Source: Mugil cephalus (lineage: Eukaryota). Taken from it: DNA of 64,000 nucleotides. Made by a program: the position numbers and the translations under genes. Every line of letters begins with the position of its first letter. Positions within the stretch are counted from its first letter, which is position 1. Where the stretch lies: positions 26,385,222-26,449,221 of the forward strand of contig NC_061781.1 in assembly GCF_022458985.1 (NCBI RefSeq), given 5' to 3'. Below, piece after piece: positions 12,701-24,759 of this stretch. The notes under the pieces are model-generated. The model searched no databases and was not told the DNA's origin. It saw nothing but the letters and a program-made list of their open reading frames with translations.

Positions 12701-13256
12701 CAGACCAGAGACCCTCACAAGAAGATGGAGGGGGAGGGGAAAGCGATTAGTAATAGTAATAGAAAATAAATTATAAGATATCAGAGGACAGGAGCCAGAG
12801 AAGAGAGAGTAGGGGACTCTGACTGTAAAAGTGCTTTGAGTGCCTTTGAGTAGGTAGAAAAGCTCTATATAAGAGCAAGACCATTTACATTCCTACGTTT
12901 GTCACTTGAGTAAGCGTATTGCGTCACTTCCCCTTTCTGCACTGCTGCTGGGTGTGCTTGCACGGTTTTAGCTCCGTTAAAATCACATAAACGTTTTCTG
13001 TACACACCACGAAACTCGTGCTTTCAGTTTACCCAACCACCTGTCCTCTGTAGCTCCTTGTTAATCTCATATTTAATCCCAATTTAATCAGCTTTGGTGT
13101 ATTTAGCTGTGCCTCCTTTAGTGTTAATGGTACCTGTAATAAAGTTTATTTGTAGCTTTGGAGGCGAGGCTCTCTGAATTGGAAGCATGACTTCGCACCA
13201 CGCAAAACCGAATAGCTAGCCAGCGGCCTGTAGCCGGTGCGGGCCGACCAAGCGCA

Positions 13257-13415
13257 GCTCCCGTTAGCATAGCTCCTGCGTGCTGTCCCCTGCAGCTCCC
13301 GTTAACATAACTCCTGCTAGCTGTCCCCCTGCAGCTCCCGTTAACATAGCTCCTGCTAGCTGTCCCCCTGCAGCTCCCGTTAGCATAGCTCCTGGTAGCT
13401 GTCCCCCTGCAGCTC
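13257..13415. repeat. About 39 bp minisatellite x4 (ctcccgttaacatagctcctgctagctgtccccctgcag)
   Basis: Four tandem units read directly. It probably lies in the 5' UTR of the downstream L2 element. Confidence 0.85.
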
Positions 13416-16080
13416 CCGATCAGCTGGGAAACCAGGGCAGCTCAGTGACGGTATGAAGGAAGCATAGTCTTACCCAGTCCACGGAGCACCACCAACCGCT
13501 TCACATTTCAAACTGATTTTTCCCACTCAGCGACACTCCCACTGAGAAGCCAACTCTAGCAATTAGCAACTCTATTTTGCAGAACGTGAAGTTAGAGAAA
13601 CCAGCAACCATAGTTATATGCATTCCAGGGGCCAGAACGGGCGACACCAAATCTTATCTCAAACTGCTGGCTAAGGCTAAGGCTAAGGCTAAGGCTAAGG
13701 CTAAGGCTAATGCTAATGCTAAGACTAAGGCTATGTATGGTACAATTGTTATTCACGTCGGCAGTAGTGACCAACGGTTACGCCAATCGGAGGTCACTAA
13801 ACTTAATGTTGAATCGGTGTGTAAGTTTGCTAAAACTATGTTGGACTCCGTAGTTTTCTCTGGTCTCCTGCCCAATCTGACCAGTGACAATATGTATAGT
13901 CGCATGTCGTCATTCCACCGCTGGTTATCTAGGTGGTGTCCAGCCAACGTCGTGGCCTACGTTGATAATTGGAACTCTTTCTGGGGAAAGCCTGGGCTGA
14001 TTAGACGAGATGGAGTTCATACCACCTTGGCGGGTGCTTCTCTTATCTCTAGGAATTTGGCCGATTTTATCAACACCCCAAAACCATGACAACCCAGAGT
14101 TCAGCCCAGGAAGCAGAGTTGCAGTCTTACACGCCTCTCTGCTGCTTCTCTAGTGCTGTCTCACACCCATAACTCTCCAAACTCCATTGATGTGTTGTCT
14201 GCTCCCACATTTTTTGAATCGAAAAATAACAATAGAGGAGTTATTGATAGGAACCTTATACAAATCAACACAAATTGACTAGCACAACAGAGCAATAAGA
14301 AAAATAAATGCGGTCTTTTAATGTCCGGTCTCTCTCATCTAAATCACTTTGAGTGACTGATTTGATAACTGATCATCAGATTGATCTATTTAGTTTGACT
14401 GAAACGTGGCTGCAGGATGATGAGTATGTCAGTTTAAATGAGTCCACACCACGCAGTCATAGTAACTATCACATTCCTGGAGGCTCAGGCCGAGGAGGAG
14501 GAGTGGCAGCAATCTTCCACTCTGATTTATGTATTAATCCTAGACCTAAGCAAAGCTTTAATTCGTTTGAAAGCCTTACTTTTAGTCTTGCTCATCCAGA
14601 CTGGAAAACACAAAAAACTATTCTCTTTGTTGTGGTGTATCGCCCACCTGCTCCTTACTCTGAATTTTTATCTGAATTCTCTGAGTTTCTTTGTGATTTA
14701 GTGCTTAGAACAGATAAAGTCATTATAGTAGGTGACTTTAACATCCATGTTGATGTTGGCGGGGATATGTGCCCCAGTCTATTAAAACTGCTGTAATTTA
14801 ACCATTACTTAAAAAACCCACTCTTGACCCAGATGTTTTAGCCAACTATAGGCCAATTTCCATCCTTCCTTTTATCTCTAAAGTTTTAGAAAGTGTTGTT
14901 GTCAATCAGTTGGTTGATCATTTAAACAGGAATGGTTTGTTTGAAGAGTTTCAGTCAGGTTTTAGAGCTCATCATTGTACAGAAACAGCTCTGGTTAAAG
15001 TTACCAATGATCTCCTCATGGCTTCAGACGATGGACTTGTCTCTATACTTGTCCTGCTAGATCTCAGTGCTGCATTTGACACTACTGATCACAATATTCT
15101 ACTGCAGAGACTGGAAAGTGGGATCAAAATTATAGGAACTGCATTAGACTGGTTTGAATCATATCTGTCAGACAGATTTCCATTTGTCCATATAAAAATT
15201 CTTCTATATATACAAAAGTAAGCTTTGGAGTTCCTCAGGGTTCTGTACTCGGATCAACATAATTCACATTATACATGCTTCCTTTAGGCAATATTATTAG
15301 AAAGCACGGCATAACTTCCATTGCTATGCAGATGATACCCAGCTATATTTATCCATGAAACCAGATGAAACTAATCAGCTGGTTAAACTCCAAGCATGCC
15401 TTAAAGACATAAAGGCTTGGATGCCCTGTAATTTTCAACTTTTAAACTCAGACAAAACAGACGTCATTGTATTTGGCTCTAAACATGTCAGAGATTCATC
15501 ATCTAATGATTAGATGATGAATAGATTAGATTCTAATCACCTACTTTTGTTGGATGGCGTTACCTTGGCCTCCAGTACTACGGTGAAAAACCTTGGTGGT
15601 ATATTTGACCAGCATATGTCCTTTAATTCTCACATAAAGCAGGTGACCAGGACTGCTTTCTTTCACCTTCGTAATATCATTAAAATTAGGAACATCCTTT
15701 CTCAGAGTGATGCAGAAAAACTAGTTGATGCATTTGTCTCTTCCAGGCTGGATTATTGTAACGCGTTCCTGTCTGGCTTGAAATACTGTTTAAAAAGCCT
15801 CCAATTGATTCAAAACACTGCAGCAAGAGCACTGACAGGAATTAGCAAGAGAGATCATATTACTCCAGTTTTAGATTCTCTTCATTGGCTCCCTATAAAA
15901 TCTAGAATTGAATTTAAAATAAGATAAGGTAAGTTAAGATAACACTTTATTGATCCCCATTGGAGAAATTCAAATGTTACAGCAGCACAACAGTGACCAG
16001 AAAGAAATTAAAGAATTAAAAAAATTAAATAGGACAACAACGTTAAACAGGCAACAAGCACACAAAGTGACAGCAGTTGT

Positions 16081-16082
<2 letters not shown>

Positions 16083-16122
<40 letters not shown>

Positions 16123-16260
16123 ATATATTATATAATATTATATATGTGTATATCTATATATTATATATTTATATATTATATAATATATATTATTATTATT
16201 ATATTATTATTATTATCTATTATTATTCTATGTTTCCTTCAGCTTGATGTTTGTATCTAT
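16083..16260. repeat. (TA)n / AT-rich low-complexity repeat
   Basis: atatatatat... then (ttata)-like units, read directly. Confidence 0.9.
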
Positions 16261-17590
16261 GACAGAAGTTTGTTTATCTTGTTTCTCCTGTTCTTCATCT
16301 CTCTATCTTGTCTGTTTCTACCCGGCTGTCCTTGTCCTTGTCCTTCCATGTTAAAAAGGAGTTTTTCCTGCCGCACTCAGACTCTTCTGGAGGTTGCAGG
16401 CCGGCTTTTGTAAAGCATCTTGAGACAATTTCTGTTGTTATTGGTGCTATATAAATAAAACTGAATTGAACTGAATTGAATAGATCGATGAGGATCAATG
16501 CAATTTTCGTCCCATGCGTGTATCAGTTAAAGTGAAATACACTAAATAGTTTGGTGTGAAATTAGTGTTTGATATAAGCAGTTACTATAATATGCTATAT
16601 TGTGAAGTTTGTTATGAGAAAAGTAAAAGTTGAAATCATGTTGTGCAAGGCTGATGCAACTATCCCCCCACCCCCACAGGTTTACTGTTGACAACATTGG
16701 TTTTACTTAGCAACAGTTGCATCATTGTGCATCTTGTTTAATCTGACAGTAACACCTCTGATTGCAGCAGTGTCAGTGCTTTCAGACGCTAATGAATGCA
16801 GGTGTGAAAACTTCCTCGTCCAGAGAGGCTCACATTCATTAGCTGCAGCTAACACGCTACACCCTGAGAGCTGTTCAGAGCCCAGCGAGGATTCTAATGT
16901 CACTGTGAATGTGTTATGTAAGACTCTGAAATGATGAACAGTGATTCAAACGTATCCAAACTTAAAAAAAAGAAGTTTGACAGGATATACATTTGAAACA
17001 GAAATTACGTGTAAGGCACAAACATTTTTTTCTCACTGTCTGAAGTTAAATCAGACTAAACTTCTCCTGTTTCAGTTAGGATTTCCTAACTCATTTCTGT
17101 TTGGTAAATGCCACAATAATGAGAGAGTAGTTTCTTTGGTCCTGAAGAAGCTACTCAGATGAGTGGCTTCGAGAAATTCTACAACTCCAGTTTGTTTGTA
17201 AATGCCTCCCTGTCAATGCGTTTTGAATCAGTTGGGGGCTTTTTAAAGAGCTATTTGGAGCCAGACAGTAATGACTTAAAATAATCCAGCCTGGAAGACA
17301 CAAATGCATGAAGTAGTTTCTCAGCATCGCTCTAAGACAGGATGCTCTTAATTTAACAATATTACGCAGGTCCTGGTCAGCTGCTTTATGTGACAGTTAA
17401 AGGTCATATCCTGGTCAAATATAACACCAAGGTTTTTCACAGTAGTACTGGAGGCCATAGTTATGCCATCCAAAGAAACCAGGTGATTGGATAATGAATC
17501 TCTGCCATGCTTAGAGCCACATACAATGACTTCTGTTTTGTCTGAGTTTAAAAGTAGAAAATAACAGAAAATTACACGTTACCCAAGTCA

Positions 17591-17785
17591 GTGAATGTAC
17601 TAAGGCCACGCCTCATGTTCAACATGTTGCTTGACGTCACGGAAAAATCTAAAGAAATCAGCCAAGATATCAGAAAGAGAATTGTGAAGCTCCACTTCAA
17701 TTTCCAGATGCTTGAAGGTGTCACATTCATCACTTCAGTTATACTCAAGTATATCCAACTATCATACTGTTCAAGAAGGAAATGA
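17591..17785 (+). mobile_element. Tc1-like transposase N-terminal fragment (second copy at 26341..26535)
   Basis: KSKEISQDIRKRIVKLH is the Tc1/Sleeping-Beauty-type N-terminus. Confidence 0.5.
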
Positions 17786-18897
17786 GTTCTGTGTCCTAGA
17801 GATGAAAATTTGTTACTTTCTACATTATTTTATTACATCGCTGGTGCAGGTGCAGGTGCAGGTGCACATCTTGTGTCTATGTGAAGGCACCGTCTGACCT
17901 CTGGATGACTTATGTTCTCTTCTGTTCCCATATATGGTCACTCCCATGTTTTTCGTTGGTATTTCAATATTTTGGTATTCCCCTACCCCCATAAAGACCA
18001 GCAGGTGTCTGTGTCTGCAGGAATCTGGGAAATGTTTTGGGAACACAGACAGTTCTTGTGACTGTGGTGAGGTCCCCTTCCCTTGAACTCTGTCACCTCT
18101 TTCACATATAAAATGCACACAAACATGACATGTACATTCTAACAGTTTCAAGATTCCATAAAACCACAATTTTCCCGTATTTGACCCACACTGGTAGACC
18201 TAAAATCCATCTGAATAGATACGGGTCAAATCTGACCTGTAACAGCCTCAGTGTGCAAAAATGTGTAGAAACTATATGAAAGTATGAAATAACAAAATAT
18301 TTTTATTTGTATGTATTTTGGGTCACTTCAGGAAAAGTCATCAAATTTCAGGCTAAAAGAATGATGTTCAGGGTATTTTTACTGCTGTCAAAAGTCAAAA
18401 CGGGTCAAATTTGACCCGAACAGTATGTAAGGGTTACACTATTCCTTGACTCATACTCTTATGTCTATGTCTGGTCACATTTATGTTTTCTGTTTGCTTG
18501 AGACTTGGACAAAACAATTTCCCTGCAGGGATAAATAAAGTGATCTTGAATCTTAAATTCCAGTATTATTCATATTTTACTCTGTTGTTTCTCAGTTTTT
18601 AGCTACCTCATAAGGGCCCTCCACACCGGGAGTTTATGTCTGGCCTGGTTCATGTTATCATTTGACAGTCCTCTGGATATTCACGTTTAAATAGTTTCTA
18701 GAAAAAAAATGCATTAAATAGAAGAGGGTTATACAGACTGTCTCATACAGTCACTACTCTTACATGTTTTATCATTGTTCTGCTTTTACCATTTACTTAA
18801 TCAACAGCATTTCTCTGCAGTGTTTTGCTTCAAACTGTTTATTTGCCTTGAAGGTCACATTTCCATCAGTTCAAAAAAGGCCCTCCACAGTTCTACT

Positions 18898-20039
18898 TTA
18901 CAGGACGTTAACATTACAGGAGCCAGGAGTCAGTATTTGAAGTGTCACAATAACTTTCATAGATTTTCTAAACCAGGGATAGAAAAAGGCGTAGATGATT
19001 GGGTTTAGACAGGAGTTAAAATAGAACAGAGAAACTACAAAGATAGAGGATGCATAACTAATCAAATTCTCCTGGTCTGTGAGTGAAACACAGAAATATG
19101 GACAGATACATGCTAGAAACACAAGTACAACAACCCCAAGAGTCCTGGCTGCTTTCAGTTCAGACTTCTTAGCTGTTACTTTCCCTGAACGCTGCAGAGT
19201 AAGAGCTGTAATATTACAGCGCATGGCACGAGCCTGAGACACAGCCACCACAAATACTCTGAGATACAGAACTATGATGACACTTATGGGCAGAAAGAAA
19301 GTCAACATGAGATCTACAAATTGTTTGGTCAAGTCAAAATCAATCACACACTCTCCGATGCAGGAATTAAACCTCCCTGGTTGTTTCAGACTCTCCTTAA
19401 TCATCAGTAATACATAGAAGAGAGAACAGATCCAACACAGAGAGACACAGATCTGAACTCTCCTCTGAGTGACTTTGGTGGGATAATGTAAAGGATAACA
19501 AATGGCAGCATAGCGGTCAACAGATATGAGCACCATGGTTCCTACTGAGGAAGATGGAATGACTAAGTCTAAAACTGAATACAGGACACACACCAGGTCA
19601 CCAAAATACCAGCATCCTTCTATGAGTGTGATCTGAAAGATCATGAGGAGGCCCACGAAGAAATCTGAGACAGCTAGAGAGAGGAGGAGGAGGTTGGTGG
19701 GAGTGTGGAGCTGCCTGGAGAAGGAAGAAAGAAACACACTTCTAATTATTGCTGGTAGTGATTATTATCTAAACAGATAACCCACATTAGATCATTAAGC
19801 ATTCAAGAACATTTCTATTGAAGCTACTTCCACAGTCATATCTGTCCAGTTTGATAAAGAGATGAAATAAGTGTCTACTTGAAGTGGGAGATGGAGATGA
19901 TGACGAGCAGGTTAAGAGCTGCAGTCAGTAGAGAGATGGAGGACAGGATAACGTGAATACACACAGTGTCAAAGTGAGAACGCTTTAGCTTCCTGCAGGA
20001 GGTGTTGAGCTGTGGAAAACAGAGTTCATCTCCCTCCAT
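18898..20039 (-). CDS. TAAR, subfamily D, copy D1. complement(join(18898..19714,19879..20039)), about 325 aa
   Basis: Exon 1 reads MEGDELCFPQLNTSCRKLKRSHFDTVCIHVILSSISLLTAALNLLVIISISHF, with donor AA|GTAGAC. The acceptor is ttctccag|GCAGCTCC, and phase 2 rebuilds Lys before QLHTPTNLLLLSLAVSD. It has DRY (SVDRYAAICYPLHY), SQARAMR, and NSCLNPIIYAFFYPWFRKS. Both 3.32 and 5.42 are Asp. Confidence 0.88.
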
Positions 20040-22567
20040 TGTTAGAGAGAGGAGGAGAGAGCTGCTGAGCTCTGGCAGCCTCCTGGCCTCAATTCAGAGT
20101 CTTATTGTTTATGGAGCTCTTCTGACCCTCCTCTAAGATTCTTGGATGACCAATGTCCCTCCTCCGTTGTTGTGTACATGTACCGCCAAACTCCTGACTA
20201 CCTGCTGATTGGTCACAGTGAAGGTGGAAGGTCAAATTCAGTTAAACATTGGTAGAGCTCATTTTAAGTTTTAACATTTTCTTTTCTTCCAGGTGGTAAT
20301 TCAACAACCAGAGCCTTAGAGCCATATGGTAACAAGGCTGGATCTAGAAAAAAGGTTAAAGAGAAGTTTTTTAAGAAATAAAAGGCCAGTATGGTATGGT
20401 ACGGTTTAAAAGCCAGAGAGGCCCAATCAACCCCACCAAAACAACCCCACTTATGCGAGTGTAAAAACACCAACTCTGAAGCGCCGATAAGAGGTGGGTT
20501 TATTGGTCCCTCATTTACATACTCAGGTCCTAAGCCACTGTGGAGTGTATAAACTTAAAAGCCACTTCATGTGGTGAGGTGTTGTAGGGATCTGTTGTAA
20601 TTACAATATATTCAAATACTTTAAATCTTTCAGTTGTGTGTGATTATTTATTTGTCCGGAGTGCTGTATCTTTCAGACAGTTTCCACCACAGAATTGGAG
20701 GTCCCACTGAGATCTAATGAACTACTGTGATCTGCTCTTTGAGGGGAGATCATCTCAGGGCCAGGGTAAGAGAGAAATCCTCAAACTTCTTCAAAGGTTT
20801 TTTTCAGAAATATCTCTGTGATCTCCCTCTTAAAGAACTGCACACAATGATTGAGATATTCTTCATGTTATTGGGACTAATTGACATGAATAATTTTGGA
20901 AAATTAAGGCGATTTAAATTTAAAGGACACACTAATTGAAGTTGAAGTTTATTGGTTCCGAGCTTAAACAGGAAGTTCTTGAGGAACTTGCCTGAGAAGG
21001 GAAAGGGGCGAGACTGTGTATACTTTGACCCTGTGACACGTGGGAGTAGAGACAGTAATCTCTAGGGAAAATCTGTAGGGATCTGTTGTAATTACAATAT
21101 ATTCAAATACTTTAAATCTTTCAGTTGTGTGTGATTATTTATGTGTCCGGAGTGCTGTATCTTTCAGACAGTAGAGTAGAGACGGTAATCTCTATGAGAG
21201 GGCGTTAACCTTTGCTTATATGTTCATTTGGTATAGATTAAAATATGCATATATAGAGATGGTATTCTTCAGGCAAAAGCGCCATCCTCTGTTAATGAGT
21301 CCATCTGATATGAATAGAAATACGTATATATATACATATATCCATATAGATTAAATACATGTAAGAGGAAGTAGCCTCTAACAAAGAAGGTAATCCTTTA
21401 CTGGATTCGCTAAACAAGCCTAAAACTGTGTATGATTGAATAAGTGGTATTACAGATACTTGGTAAAAAGCTTTCGACTTGAGAGAAGAGATATTCGTGA
21501 ATTGTTTGTTTGTTGTTGTTTGTCTGTGTTTGTCTCTTCTTGGTATTTTCTTACTTGGGTTAGAACTGAGTAGAGGGACATAAGTGTTATTAGGAAAATT
21601 CCAGCTGGTGCACTGTTAGGACATAAGATCTCACAAATCAAAATAGTCAATGCGAAAGGACAATAATGGAAAAATGGCTTTCTTTTTTTCCTTTTTATTT
21701 GTTGCAAGGGCTACTGTCAAGCCTGGATTTTTTTAATCTATGACAGCACATGACCCAGGGATTGACATTTCCTGAACAATTTTGAAAAAGCATAAAAATC
21801 TGAAATATTAAAATTACCTTTGAAAAACCTAAAATAAAAATAGTAATAATAATTGCATATACTCATATACCTCTTCACCTTAGGGTATATAGGTTAGCTA
21901 TGGGTGCAAATACTAGTCACCCTTCAAGGCCCTGCTAAAGTTATTTGCCAAAACAGAAAACTGGGATTTTCTTAGCATGGTAGTCATACTAGTCTTACTT
22001 AAAAGGGAAAATGCTTGAAAATGAAAATGGATGAAAAATGGACAAAAGCATATTGAAAATCTAAAGTTGTGGGGAAAGAACTGATGAAACATATACAACT
22101 CCTGAGGCCTTTGTTTCTATGAGCATGGAGAATGTTTGTGATGGATGGAACAACGGACTCCTAAGGCTCTTATGGAGAACTAACATGATGATCTTATTAT
22201 ACCATATGGTTTTGTGATCATGTAACATCATGAGTTTGTCTCTAGCTGGCCACGAGATGGCTGATTTGAAAAACCAAAGTTCCATTCTTGCATGACCTTA
22301 TATATTCTCTTATTCTGATTTTATGGGTCTTTTAGATTGGGATTATGAATATATCCTGGAATGTGTTGGAGTTTGAGAAACCATCACTACTACAGTACAA
22401 ACTCTCCCAGCTGAATGTGCATGACTCCACCTGCAGACTTCCTATCTGACAGGAGACAGCATGTGAGGCTGGAAAACACATCTCAGACTCCTGTACGATC
22501 AGTACACTCACCCCTACTCTTCTCCCTGTACACTTAACAGCTGCACCTCCATACACGAATCACCATC

Positions 22568-22837
22568 ATGTCCCAGGACCTCAAATGGGAGCTGAACATC
22601 AGTGTCTTCATCAAAAAAGCACAGCAGAAGATATATTTCCTGCGGCAGCTGAAGAAATTCAACCTGCCAAAGACAATGATGGAGCACTTCTATACTGCCA
22701 TCATTGAGTCCATCTTCACCAACTCTGTCACTACCTGGTGTGCTGCAGCCTCTGCTAAGGACAAGAGCAGACTGCAGGATGTCAGTGCAAATGAAAGGAG
22801 CGTCCAAAGCATTCACTTCTGCTCCGGGGTGGGATGA
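22568..22837 (+). mobile_element. LINE ORF2 C-terminal fragment (second copy at 31383..31600)
   Basis: KIYFLRQLKKFNLPKTMMEHFYTAIIESIFTNSVTTWC is the C-terminal region of fish CR1/L2-like ORF2. Confidence 0.45.
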
Positions 22838-24759
22838 TCCTCTGGCTGAATGAGGTGCCCATCAGCCACAGCTCATCATGCAGAGGGTGAGAGGGATTGT
22901 CCAATATTGCACAGATTTTGTCCATAACCCTCTTCTCAGCCACTGTGTCTAAACAGTCCAAGTTCAATCCCACCACCGAGTGGGCTTTCGTCAGCAGTTT
23001 ATTGAGTCTTTTGATCTCACCAGTCTTGGCCCTGCCCCACCAGCACACCACAGCAAAGAAGAGCCCACTGGCCACCATAGACTGGAAGACTGTCTTGAGG
23101 AGTCGACTACAGATGCCAAATGACCTCAGTCTCCTCAGGAAGAACATCCTGCTTTGTCCTTTCCTGTAGAGGGCGTCCGTATTATGAGACCAGTCCAGTT
23201 TATTGTTGATGTTGTACGAGTCCAGCTCCTCACCCTGGATGGTGACTGGGACAGGACTCCTCCGGTTCCTCCTGTAGTCCACCACCACCTCCTTAGTCTT
23301 GCTGATGTTGAGTTGTAGGTGGTTCCAGTTACTCCACTCAACAAAGTTCTCGATCAGTCCTCGGTACTCCTCCTTGTCGTCATTGGTGATACATCCGACT
23401 ATGGAAGAGTCATCGGAAAACTTTTGGAGGCGGCTGGTGCCGGAGTTGTACCGGAAGTCGGAGGTGTAGAGGGTGAAGAAGAATGGTGTCAGTACCATTC
23501 CTTGGGGCACCCCCTTGTTGCTTGTCAGGAGCTCTGACGTGCAGCCATCCACTCTGACATACTAAGGTCGTCCTGTGAGGTCGTCCAAAATCCAGGCAGC
23601 CATGTCAGGGTGAAGTTGCATGTCCAGTAGCTTGTCTCTCAGGAGAATGGGTTGGATGCTGTTGAAGACACTGGAGAAGTCAAAGAAAGTGACTCTCACA
23701 GTGCTTCCTGCACTCTCCAGATGAGACAGGGCTGCCAAGAAAACTGCAGGGGGTCCGGGAAAACAGACAGCAGGTCTCTCAGGTGCAGGAGAACCAACCT
23801 TTCAAATGACTTCATGACATGGGATGTTAATGCCACTGGCCTGTAGTCATTGGGAGCACTGGGACGTCCTTTCTTTGGTACTGGAACAATGCAGGAGGTC
23901 TTCCAGAGGTTGGGTACCTTCATCAACCTCATGGAGAGGTTAAAGAGGTGCTGAAAGATTCCAGCCAGCTGCCCAGCACACACCCTGAGGAGCCTGGCCT
24001 TTTGGCTTTATTCTGCCTCAACCTGGAAAACTCTCTCTATACCTGGCAGGAGGTGAGGGTGAGACCATGGGTGGTGGATGGTGTGGGGACTGTGGTGATA
24101 TCCAAGGGGATGGGCTGATGGGGTGAGGGGGAACTGTCCACTGCTGGTGGTTGGAGGGAGGGGGAGGGAGGCAGGGTGTTGATGAGGAGATAAGCAGAAC
24201 CTACAACAGAGGTGTGAGTGGGGGATGGAGACACAGATCCACAGGCAGAGCTCACATTGGAGGTGTCAAACCTATTGAAGAATAAGTTTAGCTCTGATGC
24301 GAATTCAGGTCCACCATCAATTCCAGACAAGGTTTTCCCATAGCCTGTTATCTTTTTCATCTCTTTCCACAACTCTTTTGTGTTGTTCTGTCCCATCTTG
24401 GCCTCCATCTTCTCCTTATAGTTGTTCCTGGCCTCTCTCAGTTCCCTTCTCAACTCCTTTTGAATAGTCCTGAGCTCCTCACGATCTTTGGCCATGAAGT
24501 CTCTCTTCTTCCTGTTGAGAAGGCCTTTAATGTCTTTATTTATCCATGGCTTGTTGTTGGAAAAACAACAGATATTCTTAGTTGGGACAATGTTGTCCTC
24601 ACAGAATTTAATGTAGTCTGTCATGAAGCGAGAGAGACCCTCAATTTTCTCCTCAAAGAGACTCCAGTCCGTGACATTAAAACACTCCTGCAGTGCCTCC
24701 TCTGATTCTCTAGACCAAACCTTTACAGTCCTGGTGCTGGCCACCTGTTGTTCCACCAT
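22782..24759 (-). mobile_element. LINE (CR1/L2/jockey-like) ORF2 remnant, made of three frame-shifted pieces
   Basis: 24759..24037 is the linker (VKVWSRESEEALQECFNVTDWSLF...ELNLFFNRFD). 23983..23696 is the RT N-terminus (VPVPKKGRPSAPNDYRPVALTSHVMKSFERLV). 23552..22782 is the RT core (GVPQGMVLTPFFFTLYTSDF...FSDDSSIVGCI...LQLNISKTKEVVVDYRR). It sits between the two segmental-duplication copies. Confidence 0.7.

Larger units (their letters stand above)
13200..16480 (+). mobile_element. CR1/L2-type LINE, fairly complete but with a frameshifted ORF2. ORF1 is an esterase (SGNH-like) domain at 13577..14089. The AP endonuclease is at 14353..14796, RT at about 14830..15500, the C-terminal domain at 15514..15927, and the 3' UTR ends in a TGAA-type tail
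   Basis: ORF1 reads IVIHVGSSD...GDT.. with a (GCTAAG)n insert at 13668..13732 encoding (AK)n. EN motifs are LTETWL and GDFNIHVD. RT motifs are NYRPISILP, LLDLSAAFDT and CYADDTQLYL. The C-terminus LDYCNAFLSGL...LHWLPIKSRIEFKI is typical of L2. The 3' end ...aaataaaactgaattgaactgaattgaatag matches L2 tails. The 5' boundary is uncertain. Confidence 0.7.
16225..22795. repeat. Segmental duplication, copy 1 (paired with 25108..31605). It contains TAAR-D1
   Basis: The two spans are near-identical and collinear across all their ORFs. The offset is about 8750 bp up to the GT-repeat/tandem-block region near 20340-20700, where the copies carry different indels, and about 8815-8834 bp after it. Copies begin in an L2 3' UTR-like sequence and end where copy 1 has ...gtgcaaatgaaagg and copy 2 has ...gtgcaaatgaatatc. 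Confidence 0.9.

Noticed and set aside
16703-16934. Overlapping ORFs on both strands at 16703..16934 (and the duplicate at 25459..25705)
   Set aside because: They arise from a short inverted repeat (gctaatgaatgcagg ... ctgcagctaatgaatg mirrored) inside the segmental duplication. It is most likely a small MITE-like hairpin and not a gene.
18775-19008. Plus-strand ORFs overlapping the 3' ends or bodies of minus-strand TAAR genes. Examples are 18775..19008, 27524..27757, 35190..35597, 41248..41436, 60524..60769, 7770..7976, 8200..8391, 10103..10435, 11233..11586 and 47370..47708
   Set aside because: They are antisense to strongly conserved GPCR coding sequence, have no homology or motifs of their own, and recur only because the TAAR genes recur.
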